Position numbers and translations under genes: made by a program. A DNA stretch of 64,000 bases. Source: Candidatus Acidiferrales bacterium (GTDB lineage Bacteria; Acidobacteriota; Terriglobia; Acidiferrales; UBA7541). The notes under the pieces were generated by a model. That model saw only the letters and a list, made by a program, of their open reading frames with translations. It had not been told where the DNA came from and did no database searches. The stretch lies in NCBI GenBank assembly GCA_963779395.1, contig CAVZYC010000002.1, positions 331,651-395,650 of the forward strand, given 5' to 3'. This document shows, one piece after another, positions 52,378 to 63,694 of this stretch (the first letter of the stretch is position 1; each line of letters begins with the position of its first letter).

Positions 52378-53078
52378 GGCGGGGAGCCTGTAAGCCGGAT
52401 TCTGTCCGCCGCCTGCCTTGCAGCAGTGCGCCGCGACGATCATTCCTCTAGCCCCGGCCTCGCGACCGGGATCCAGCGACCTACCCGAGGGTTCATCATT
52501 CCCATCAGCTTGCGCCTCTGGTAAAGGAGCCGCTGCGCTTGCGCACAGTGCTCAGCGAGCCGGGCCAGCTCTGCCCTCCTATTTGGTCTTGCACCTCGCG
52601 GGGTTTGCCGTGCCCCCGATGTTGCCACCGGGGCGGTGGGCTCTTACCCCACCTTTTCACCCTTACCCGCGTAGCCAACCGTGAAGACGTCCCGAAGGTT
52701 TTCCTTCGAGCTATCACCGGGCTGCTCCGCTGGCGGTATATTCTCTGTGGCACTTTCCGTGACGCCTGTAGCCACCGGCTTTTAACCCGGCACGCAACAA
52801 ACGTCCCCTGGCGTTACCAGGCGCGATGCCCATTCCCTGCTCCTGTAAATGCCGAGCATTACAGGCTGCGGAAAAAATCCTTTCTTTAGGAGGCCGGGGC
52901 TTCAGCCCCGGCGTAAAGCCATTAAAACCACTGGGCTTTAGCCCCTGAAGAAAGTCTTTCTTGCATTTTTCTGCAGCCTCTGTAGCCCGGCATCCGCATT
53001 CGCAAAGTGGTGTCCGGACTTTCCTCCCGCCCAAGCCGCTTGCGCAACTCGGACCAGCGATCGTCCAGCTCACCCGCC
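52378..53078 (-). ncRNA. rnpB: RNase P RNA (bacterial type A), enlarged to about 700 nt
   Basis: Minus strand shows GAGGAAAGTCCGG, CCTGGTAACGCCAGG, GGAAAGTGCCACAGA, GGGTAAGGGTGAAA.GGTGGGGTAAGAGCCCACC, GGCAAACCCC, AGAATCCGGCTTAC, and P1 pairing GGCGGG/CCCGCC. Confidence 0.95.
52863..52979. mobile_element. REP/MITE-like nested hairpin inside rnpB
   Basis: Terminal inverted repeats AGGCTGCGGAAAAA / TTTTTCTGCAGCCT (13/14 match); inner palindromes CCGGGGCTTCAGCCCCGG and GGGCTTTAGCCC. Confidence 0.8.
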
Positions 53079-53084
53079 AATGCC

Positions 53085-53090
53085 ATTATA
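53085..53090 (-). promoter_or_regulatory. rnpB -10 box
   Basis: Perfect TATAAT on the minus strand, 6 nt upstream of the P1 5' strand. Confidence 0.75.
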
Positions 53091-53119
53091 CCGCGTCGCG
53101 CATCATCTCAGAGACGGAT

Positions 53120-54607
53120 TCAAGAAGTCTGGACGATTGATTCACTCGTAGAGATTGCGTTCTTCGGAAGCGGGAGATACCGAACCAACAGAACTGCAAC
53201 AACGCAGCCCATACCGAGCATGCAGAGCCGGAAATATTGACGAGGAATGAGATCGAGTCGGTCAATCATCGTAGCGTGAGCGAGCACGCTGCTCAATGCC
53301 GCACACACTACGCTCGGCCAAACGGAGCCAGCGGCAAGGGCCAACCACCCCAAAATAACTGACCAGACAATCCCCCAAAGCAGTTGCAGTACAAAATGGA
53401 GGAAGAAATCCGGAAGCGGACCAAACGGCGCCGGAAACTGAAGTTGTTGAGATGACCCGTAGAGAATCCCCACCAAAAAGATGCCACGAAATAATCCAAA
53501 CGTCCGGATAAGCTGGGGCTGTATACAACCACGCCAACACCATTCGCTGAGTCCGGCAGCAAGAGCGAAGAGAACAAAGTCCAGTCCAATGGGAGGTATG
53601 TGTAAATACCACGCTGCTTGAGGCGCGTCAGAGGCATCACTCCAATGTTGCGCCCAGGCGACTCGATCGCCTGCGTAGGCAATCAAATGTGGCAACCAAT
53701 GGACAGCGATGGGTAGCACAACCGCCAGTCCAAGAATGCCAATGGAGGGAAGGCGGGCCGACGCAAGGAGCTGCGCTCGCCGATTCTTGCCCAGGGCCCA
53801 CACCGCAAGCAGGAAGAAGGGCACCGCGTACATCAAGTATTGTCCTGCATAAAACCATGCGCCAAAAGTTTGCGACATCTGGTAAGAGCCGCTGCGGGGA
53901 AACCATATGCAAATCGGGGACAGCAACAAAGAGAGGATTCCACCCCCAAGCCCGAAAAGTGCAAGAGCGTAAATCGCAAAGATTTTCAGGCGGGAGATGT
54001 TTGCATTTGTGTCCTCTGAAGCAACTGGCAAGACGGGGGGGCCGAAATGTGCCGGCAACGAGACCGCGCCTTTCCGAAGCAGCCAGGCGGCCAGAAGAGC
54101 AATCAGCAGACCCAAAACGGCCAGCCGAAATCCGTTGCCCGTGTTTAGAACAAGCCCGCGCAGCGGCAATCGGAACCCGGAGAGCAGCTGTCTATTATGC
54201 TTTTCAAAAATCGATCCAGGGCGTTCGTTCAAAACGATCAGAGCGGGAGCAATCAGTGCGCCCGCGATTCCAACGATAGTCGGGGCAATCACCAGGCCCC
54301 ACCAAGAAGCGGCCACGCGCTCTCGCCGGAAGAGACAGCAGAAATATGCTCCGACACCCGCGATTAATAGCGGAGACGCAAAAAGCTGCGTCAGGAGTAC
54401 CCAGTGTCGAATATCAGCGTTGGAAAGGGGCCCGATGGCGTCCAGAGCTTCCTTGCTCGGCAAAAATAGCCAGCTTCGACCGAAGCAAGCGGAAAGGATA
54501 GCCGCCGCGAGCAAGAAAATAATGTGGTAGGGACTCGCTGGCAGAAGTTGCCGAAGAGTCTTTCTCAAACGAAACCGACGCGGCACGGGGTGCACGAATC
54601 GGATCAT
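53120..54607 (-). CDS. CPBP/Abi family intramembrane metalloprotease homolog, catalytic motifs degenerate
   Basis: Multi-TM; paralog of 55317-56750; motifs read SEWCWRG, YGSSQ and CAALSS. Start uncertain (54607 or 54652). Confidence 0.75.
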   Translation of the reverse strand: MIRFVHPVPRRFRLRKTLRQLLPASPYHIIFLLAAAILSACFGRSWLFLPSKEALDAIGPLSNADIRHWVLLTQLFASPLLIAGVGAYFCCLFRRERVAASWWGLVIAPTIVGIAGALIAPALIVLNERPGSIFEKHNRQLLSGFRLPLRGLVLNTGNGFRLAVLGLLIALLAAWLLRKGAVSLPAHFGPPVLPVASEDTNANISRLKIFAIYALALFGLGGGILSLLLSPICIWFPRSGSYQMSQTFGAWFYAGQYLMYAVPFFLLAVWALGKNRRAQLLASARLPSIGILGLAVVLPIAVHWLPHLIAYAGDRVAWAQHWSDASDAPQAAWYLHIPPIGLDFVLFALAAGLSEWCWRGCIQPQLIRTFGLFRGIFLVGILYGSSQQLQFPAPFGPLPDFFLHFVLQLLWGIVWSVILGWLALAAGSVWPSVVCAALSSVLAHATMIDRLDLIPRQYFRLCMLGMGCVVAVLLVRYLPLPKNAISTSESIVQTS

Positions 54608-54763
54608 TACACAAACATCAAGGCACGGCAATGGCAGAGCAACGAACGCCACATAGCGTTACCAGCCTCGTTGCTCCTCCTGCTATTGCAAACGCCGCCC
54701 TCCATCCCGGTTCCAGTGTTCCTTCTCTCCGTGAATTCTCCGTCTCCGCCCCAACCCACCAAC

Positions 54764-55126
54764 TGTCATCCCGCCTGCCCGCCGCAGGAGGGACCGGAGC
54801 AGCCCGATCTTCCCTTTCGCGTCGTCTTTCGGCGCGTCGCGCTTCGCAGTCGAGGGACCGCGCCACACCACTAAGTCGCGACTCCCACTCCGTTCTTCGC
54901 ACTTCACTTTTCAAGCTTCGATTTTCCAATTTTTCGCTGGTTGCCCCAGGCACGGAGTCTGTGCCTGGGTCTTGCTTTTCTCTTGCCTCTCTCTTGGAAG
55001 TGTACTGGCCGTCCTTTAGCCCGCTTGTTGGGGTCACCGCATCATGTAGCGCAGGGAGAGTCCGCGAGCCCTGCGGCTTTTCTCTTGCCTCCTACTTGCC
55101 CCTGTACATGCCAGCCTTTAGCCCGG
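54764..55126. repeat. Mixed REP-like cluster including two tandem units of about 80-100 nt
   Basis: TGTCATCCC...GAGGGACC elements; units at 54944-55023 and 55045-55126 share GCTTTTCTCTTGCCTC...GTAC...CCTTTAGCCCG, each with its own hairpin. Confidence 0.7.
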
Positions 55127-55259
55127 CATTTCCATCAACAAATCGGCGTCCAGACTTTCCTCCCGTTCACCCTGAGCCGCAACGCCGAAGGGTTCCCCCA
55201 GGTCCACAACACTCAAAGCAAGCCAGCGATCGTCCAGCTCACCCGCCAGCTCCACTATA
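55119..55259 (-). pseudogene. rnpB: 5' fragment of a second rnpB with its -10 box
   Basis: Minus strand TATAGT-6 nt-GGCGGGTGAGCTGGACGATCGCTGG, a different and longer P3, GGGAGGAAAGTCTGGAC, ATGCCGGGCTA. No 3' P4 strand follows. Confidence 0.85.
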
Positions 55260-55316
55260 TCGTGCATTCCACGGCAAAACTGGGCTTTATGCCACCGACG
55301 ACGCGAGCCCAGTAAA

Positions 55317-56750
55317 TCAGGCGGCAGGCTCCGGTCCAGCTTCCGGCTGGGCAGCTAGTTGGGCCTCGGGATCAACGAGAGGCGAGAATCGAAAGAGAAC
55401 GAAAGCGAGCGCGGCCCAAATTGCGACCCGCATCCCACTGTTCCAAGTATTAGTCGAGCCCATTTGCATCACTGCCAGGATATTCCAGACGCCGTGAGCA
55501 ATCGCACCTGGAATAATTGATTTCCAGCGTAGCGTCATCCAGGCAAACACGTAGTTTATCGCCAAGCAGAGCAAGACTCTACTGGCCAAATGGAATAGAA
55601 CTCCGCCAACAGAGAGTCCCGAGTACGAATCAGATCGAAAGTGAAAGGCAGCCCAAATCAACCCGGTCAGAAAGATTCCGCGCTGGAGACCGTAACGGTC
55701 GATGAAGCAGGGCAACAACAGGCCGCGGAAGACTATCTCCTCGGCAAGCCCGACGAAGACTATAAAGAAGAGCAACGGCTGCCACCAACTAGCAAGATTA
55801 AAATAGGTGAACAATTCCGGTGGTCCGAATCTGCCGAAGTCGTATGCCGCCCAGTGAATGCGATCGACGAGGTATTGTGCGGTAGGAAAGAGACCGCTGA
55901 TCGCAACGGGCATGACTAGTCCGACCAATGCAATGCGGAGTTCCGGCAAGCGCAGGGCAATCCGCGCGGAATTTCTTCCGTCCCTTCCCAGGATATAGAG
56001 CGCGAGTCCTGCCAACAGCACGCCGTCAAGCACAGTCGCGATGCTCGTGGATATCGCCCAAAATGTAGGCGAGAGAGACAACGAAACAATGTCTGGAACG
56101 CCCAAGAGCAGGAATGAAACCAATCCAGCCAAGAGGTAGTAGGGGCCAACCAATAGGAATACCAGGAGACGCATCCTCGACCAGGAATCAGCGCAATCAT
56201 CGCGCGGCAATTGTTCGTTTGGCAGACCGAATTGAAGCGACGTCGCACCCAGGGCGAGGCGACTCATGAAGAACAGAATTAGCATCAACCCGAGCGCGCA
56301 GACACTAAACCCTGAAGAGAACTTCAACACGTTCGTCTGCAACCAGTTGATGACATAAACCGCACTGCCCTGTGATTCAAAGATGGATGGTTTCGCTGGA
56401 TTGATCTGGAAAAACTTCCAAAGGATAACAACAAGGCTGAAGACCGTGGGAAAACAAACTGCTAAGAGTACTCGGCGTACAGGTCTCTTCCCTGGCCAAA
56501 AACAAACAAAATAGCCGGCTAACCCCGCGAACATTATGGGGTACGTAAAGGCAACTATGAACCGTCCGGCTTCAAAGCGATGTGTTCCGCTCTGCCACGC
56601 AGTGGATCTGAGACCGAAAGATTCCAGAAGTTCGGTGGGCCACCAAGGAAGGCTCGGCGAAACGAAGAGAAAAACGACACCGAGAAGAAAAACCAATTGC
56701 CAAGGTTCGTTGGGAATCACGGAGCGGAGGAATTCGGCAAGGCGCTTCAT
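55317..56750 (-). CDS. CPBP/Abi family intramembrane metalloprotease, motifs intact
   Basis: AEEIVFRG, WAAFH and AHGVWN motifs; long multi-TM N-terminal extension. Confidence 0.88.
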   Translation of the reverse strand: MKRLAEFLRSVIPNEPWQLVFLLGVVFLFVSPSLPWWPTELLESFGLRSTAWQSGTHRFEAGRFIVAFTYPIMFAGLAGYFVCFWPGKRPVRRVLLAVCFPTVFSLVVILWKFFQINPAKPSIFESQGSAVYVINWLQTNVLKFSSGFSVCALGLMLILFFMSRLALGATSLQFGLPNEQLPRDDCADSWSRMRLLVFLLVGPYYLLAGLVSFLLLGVPDIVSLSLSPTFWAISTSIATVLDGVLLAGLALYILGRDGRNSARIALRLPELRIALVGLVMPVAISGLFPTAQYLVDRIHWAAYDFGRFGPPELFTYFNLASWWQPLLFFIVFVGLAEEIVFRGLLLPCFIDRYGLQRGIFLTGLIWAAFHFRSDSYSGLSVGGVLFHLASRVLLCLAINYVFAWMTLRWKSIIPGAIAHGVWNILAVMQMGSTNTWNSGMRVAIWAALAFVLFRFSPLVDPEAQLAAQPEAGPEPAA

Positions 56751-56938
56751 CGGCGGGAAGAGGCTCCGTGGTGGATTATGTCTTAGTTAGCTAATGAATA
56801 GCTATCACTTTATAATGGCAGGTGAACACTCGAAAATCACGATTGATACACTTCATTCGCGACGCAAAAAGCACCGAGAAGGCCGCTCATCCATTATCGT
56901 TCTTGTTCCTCCCGCAAGGCGGGCATAGAATCGCCCAT

Positions 56939-57403
56939 ATGAATGACCTCGAAGCGAAGGATTTCCTGGTGCGGCGAGCAGTTGAGCAAGCGGCACTCGA
57001 CCACGTCGAGTTTTCGGATTTGGAGAGGCGCATGATGTATTTCACCGAAAGCGGTGAGATGCGCGAAGACTTGTTCGAGCTGAACAGCGCCTTTGAAGCC
57101 GAATACGACTCTACGAAATACGAGAACAAAGTCTCAAAACTGATGCGTCACGCTTACTCGCGGTTAAAGAAGGATGATCCCTTGGCGACTCGCACATGGG
57201 ACGACTCCATTCAGGAACTTAGCAAAGGCGATCACTATCTGCTTATTCTTTCTGGCAATGTTCAATCGGTCCTTACGCCAGGCCAAAAACTCTTTGGCTG
57301 GAGTTTTTGGAAACTGCTCGGCATCGGGCTTCTTCTTCTCGTCATTGCGATGGTGGCATGGTTGGCCGTGATTCACAATGCAGAGTCGGGGCCAGCCCGG
57401 TAA
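56939..57403 (+). CDS. Hypothetical protein with C-terminal TM
   Basis: EAKDFLV...SDLERRMMYF.ESG...GDHY pattern, recalled from acidobacterial hypothetical proteins; ATG 56939. Confidence 0.7.
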   Translation: MNDLEAKDFLVRRAVEQAALDHVEFSDLERRMMYFTESGEMREDLFELNSAFEAEYDSTKYENKVSKLMRHAYSRLKKDDPLATRTWDDSIQELSKGDHYLLILSGNVQSVLTPGQKLFGWSFWKLLGIGLLLLVIAMVAWLAVIHNAESGPAR

Positions 57404-57422
57404 CCATGGCCGATTTCGCCAT

Positions 57423-57640
<218 letters not shown>

Positions 57641-57869
57641 GCGAAGACTGGCGCCTCAAGTTGAGAAGAGGGGGCTCACGGGCAGTGTAGTCAAACCTTG
57701 CCGCCCAGCCTCCAATGGAAAATGGCGCAACCCTGCCCCAGTAACCCATTAATCCAAAATGAGTTACCAGGGCCCGGGATCCATTGACGCGATTTAGGAA
57801 GGATGTTACTCTGGTCTCGGTGAATGCTATGAAAGCAACGCCGGTTACACTCGAAGAATAGCTCCTCCC

Positions 57870-59342
57870 CTACGAGCTCCTGCCTAGATACGCCTCTACG
57901 TCTGATTGCCAATTCTTGTTTTGGGCATTTCTTTTGGCGTCTCCAGCAAGCTTGCGCAGAATGTTGTCCACACTTCCTTGCGTGTTCAATTTGGGCTTCT
58001 GCTCCGGCGGATACCAATAAGCATAGGGCTTGTTCATCTCGAATTCGACAATCGCGGTGAACGATTCCAGATACTGCATGGCCTCCTCGCATTGCGGAAT
58101 CGTCAGCCAATCGCAAAAATGCTTGTGCACAAACTCATACACGCTTCCCGCCCCTGCCTTCCTGAATTTTTCCATGAAGGTAATCAATAAGTCGTCGGCT
58201 TCGACATATTGCAGCAGTTCGCTGAACTTTTCACGGATGGCGGGATCTCCGCGGATATAGAGCCGGTTGGTTTCAGACCAGCAAGCCGCCGCCAAGTCCT
58301 CTCCCACGCGGTCCTTGAAATAAAACCCGCCGCGGCGATCTGTGAAGCGCTTGTTTCGCTTGCGTAAAAGAACCAGATAGAAGAGCGCATGCTTGTATTT
58401 ATCTTCGGCCGGCACCACGCTCGGCGCCGGCCGCGCTTGCTGCAGACTGGCGCGGCACTCCGTTACGTGCGCCCGCACGGTCTTGGCGGCCGCAAGGATG
58501 GGCATGTAGTGTTTAGTGGCGTCCTCGTGGCTGACTCGAAGCATCTGGTTCCAGGTTTGGAAAAGCTGCTGGCGTTCCTGCTCGCTGCGATGACGGTCGG
58601 CTTCGAGCGCCTGCTCTGCCAGCCGTTGCGCCGTGTCCCTCGCCGTTTCGGCGGCTCGGCGCGCCACTTCGCGATTGTCTTCCCATTTCTTGAAGACGAA
58701 GGCCAACACGGCGAGCAAGATAGGCAGGGCCAGATCTTTCAACGTGGTTTGAATCCAGGCCCACACCTGTTCCAGGCTATCCACCCAATTTTCCGCCTCC
58801 AAATCTCCGAACACTGCCAAGAATTGGGAAGGGTGGCCATCCGCGCCGGTCCACCGTATCGTGGCGTAAATGGCGCGTTTCTCCTGGCGTCTATCGGCGC
58901 GAAGCTGGCCCCAGATCGCGAGAGTTTGCCCTGGTTTTAATTCAGAGGTGATCGTCTCCTCGTTCGCCAGTGGATTCGGCCGCGCCGGTAGTGCATTGGC
59001 TGTGGTTGGATCCGTGGGAACGCACGAAGATGCGCCAGGCGCGGGGCGCCAACAAGGGTTGACGATCGTAAAACCTTCCAGTCCCGTTGGCGCAATCGTC
59101 ACGGCAAACATGCTTTGCGAGCCGCGGTTGCGAATAGTCAGCCAGAACGCGACGTTTTCATCTACATACACGCTGGGTCGCGCCAGCGATGCCGTAATGT
59201 CTGTCTCGTTGCCAGCCGCAGCCGGTGCCTGCTGCGCCGCAATTTGCGCGGCAACCGGCAGCACCTTATTCGGTGACTCTCCCACTGTCCCGGCCAATGC
59301 GGGTACCAGCAACACCCCGAGCAAAATTGCGAGCGGCTTCAT
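57870..59342 (-). CDS. Hypothetical single-pass membrane protein
   Basis: Signal peptide (MKPLAILL), beta-rich Ig-like segment, TM LALPILLAVLAFVF, coiled coil, helical C-terminal domain. Confidence 0.75.
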   Translation of the reverse strand: MKPLAILLGVLLVPALAGTVGESPNKVLPVAAQIAAQQAPAAAGNETDITASLARPSVYVDENVAFWLTIRNRGSQSMFAVTIAPTGLEGFTIVNPCWRPAPGASSCVPTDPTTANALPARPNPLANEETITSELKPGQTLAIWGQLRADRRQEKRAIYATIRWTGADGHPSQFLAVFGDLEAENWVDSLEQVWAWIQTTLKDLALPILLAVLAFVFKKWEDNREVARRAAETARDTAQRLAEQALEADRHRSEQERQQLFQTWNQMLRVSHEDATKHYMPILAAAKTVRAHVTECRASLQQARPAPSVVPAEDKYKHALFYLVLLRKRNKRFTDRRGGFYFKDRVGEDLAAACWSETNRLYIRGDPAIREKFSELLQYVEADDLLITFMEKFRKAGAGSVYEFVHKHFCDWLTIPQCEEAMQYLESFTAIVEFEMNKPYAYWYPPEQKPKLNTQGSVDNILRKLAGDAKRNAQNKNWQSDVEAYLGRSS

Positions 59343-59429
59343 AGGCCTCTCCCAGCCGTCGGCAAGCGAGACCATTCTTCGCAAGTCAGTATATATCGTA
59401 TTTAGATTGATAAGTCCAACGTGAATATA

Positions 59430-61562
<2,133 letters not shown>

Positions 61563-61752
61563 TCAACTCAACAACGCAATCCGCGGTAGCGCCACAGCCG
61601 CGGCCAGCTCCTGCAGCACCCTCCCCGCCCTCTGTACAGGACGCGCCTCCGTCAATAACGCATAAGGCAAAGGACTATTGCCAGGAAGCACTTCGCCACA
61701 CGACAGTGGCCTTAAGTCATTCGGCTGTATTCATTTGACGGAGAATCGAGGC

Positions 61753-62493
61753 ATGTTCATGCGCAAATTACTCATCACTCTCACGGGTCTACTCTTCGTA
61801 TTCGCAACTTTCCTGGCGTCTGGCACTTTTGCTCAGACCCCGCCAGTCGGCCCCGACACAGCGAATTCCCAGGCCAAAGCCAAGGTGATTTTTCACTACG
61901 CCAAGGCGCTAAACCTTCCGAATTGTTTGCAACAACCCGCCATTCAGATTGACGGCGTTACCGTTCACAATATCTTTCTCTGGCATGTATGGGAGACCGA
62001 TGCCACCACCGGAACTCACGTCATCAGCGACGACAGTCACAAAGGCAAGGGTCTAACCGCCAACTGGGCTCCAGGCCAAACCTACTACTACGAAATGCAG
62101 TGGTGGAAGGGCTTTGGCTTTCCCAAATGCGAAAATTTCTACATCAGGTTTGAAGAAGCCAAGCCCAAGGAAATTAGCAAGGTGAATGCCATGCTCGGCA
62201 AAGCCGGCATCGATGAGACCCTGATCGCCGCCGCGCCTGCAGCCGCTGCCCCTGCCCAAGCTCCAAAAGACACCGGCGTCAAGCTCTCCATCGTCTCCAA
62301 TCCCGATGCGGCCGACATTGAAGTTGACGGCAGCTTCGTCGGCAACACGCCTTCCGCCCTTGACCTCCCCGTCGGCGAACACACCGTAATCATCAGCAAG
62401 AAGGGCTTCGAACCCTGGAAGCGCACCATCAAGCTCGCCGCCGGTGACATCAAGCTGAACGCCGAGCTCGAGAAGACCGTAGCCGCCTACTGA
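61753..62493 (+). CDS. Exported PEGA-domain protein (N-terminal DUF2846-like domain)
   Basis: Signal peptide; C-terminal LSIVSNPDAADIEVDGSFVGNTP...GEHTVIISKKGF (PEGA). Confidence 0.85.
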   Translation: MFMRKLLITLTGLLFVFATFLASGTFAQTPPVGPDTANSQAKAKVIFHYAKALNLPNCLQQPAIQIDGVTVHNIFLWHVWETDATTGTHVISDDSHKGKGLTANWAPGQTYYYEMQWWKGFGFPKCENFYIRFEEAKPKEISKVNAMLGKAGIDETLIAAAPAAAAPAQAPKDTGVKLSIVSNPDAADIEVDGSFVGNTPSALDLPVGEHTVIISKKGFEPWKRTIKLAAGDIKLNAELEKTVAAY

Positions 62494-62723
62494 ACTCGCC
62501 CTAGGCTGCTCCGATTCGCCTCATCCATTTCATCGTACGGCCGAAGACTGCATTCTTAGCCTTTGACTCTGTCAGCAAGCAACACTGTCCCGATTCCTCC
62601 ATCTGGCACCCCACGTGCTCCCCTGACTCTCCAGGTGCCCGCAGGAAAATCTGCGTGTCACCGCCGCCTTCTATTTCTCATCTTCATATAGAATGGTGCA
62701 CGCGCTTATAGCACCGGGAGACC

Positions 62724-63692
62724 ATGGAAACTCAGTTCCACAACGCGCTCTTGATTCACAACCCCAACGCCGGTAATGGCGGAAACGCTCGCCGCCGCCT
62801 CATCGAGCAGGCCCGCCGCATCCTTTCCGCCGGTGGCATCGAGGCCGAGCTTGCGGAAACCACGGCCCCCGGCCATGCCACGGAAATCGCGCAGCAGGCC
62901 ATCCGCGATGGCCGCCAACTGGTAATCACTTGCGGCGGCGATGGCACGCTCAACGAAGTAGTGAACGGCTTGGCCACTTCGATGAACGGCCACCGCGTGC
63001 CGCTAGCTCTTCTGCCGGGAGGCACCGCCAACATTCTGGCGAAAGAGCTTGCGCTGCCATGGGACATCCCGCGCGCGGCAAAGCAAATGATAAACGCCGA
63101 ATTGCGCGAAATCGCGCTGGGATTGGCCACGCCGCTCGAGAGTCCAGAGAAGAAGCGCTACTTCCTGAGCGTTGCCGGCGCTGGTCCCGACGGCATGATC
63201 GTCTATTCCGTTGACCTCGGCCTGAAAGCCCGCGTGGGCATCCTCGCGTACTGGTGGCAAGGCGCCCGCGAAGTTCTCCGCTACACATTTCCGCGCTTTC
63301 GCGTGCGTGCCGGTGATCGCCAGGTGGAAGGCACGCTGGTGGTTGTGGGCCGCACAAAAAATTACGGCGGCCCGTTCAAGATTACCGACCAGGCGGACCT
63401 GTTCGAAGACCAGTTTGAAGTGATGGCGCTGACCACGCAGAGCGGCTTTCGCTACCTGAGTTACCTGCCAACATTGTGGATGGGCAATCTGCGCAAAGAA
63501 GAAGATGTACACTTCTGGAAGGCGGACACGCTGTTGTGCGAGCCGCTGGATGGCAAGCCGGTATACGCCCAACTGGACGGCGAACCGTTCGCGCGGCTCC
63601 CCGTGCAATTCACGATTGTGCCGAAAGCATTAAAGCTTCTCGTTCCGCGTGGCACACCGGTCTCCAACAGCGGTACATCCCGCGAATCCTAA
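62724..63692 (+). CDS. Diacylglycerol/lipid kinase family (YegS/BmrU-like)
   Basis: HNPNAG, GGDGTLNE, PGGTAN, QLDGE. Confidence 0.94.
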   Translation: METQFHNALLIHNPNAGNGGNARRRLIEQARRILSAGGIEAELAETTAPGHATEIAQQAIRDGRQLVITCGGDGTLNEVVNGLATSMNGHRVPLALLPGGTANILAKELALPWDIPRAAKQMINAELREIALGLATPLESPEKKRYFLSVAGAGPDGMIVYSVDLGLKARVGILAYWWQGAREVLRYTFPRFRVRAGDRQVEGTLVVVGRTKNYGGPFKITDQADLFEDQFEVMALTTQSGFRYLSYLPTLWMGNLRKEEDVHFWKADTLLCEPLDGKPVYAQLDGEPFARLPVQFTIVPKALKLLVPRGTPVSNSGTSRES

Positions 63693-63694
63693 AA

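Noticed and set aside
52418-53073. Several short ORFs over rnpB
   Set aside because: They are spurious translations of the RNase P RNA gene.
54618-55497. ORFs of 139-288 aa over the REP cluster
   Set aside because: They are low-complexity translations of repeats and the rnpB fragment.
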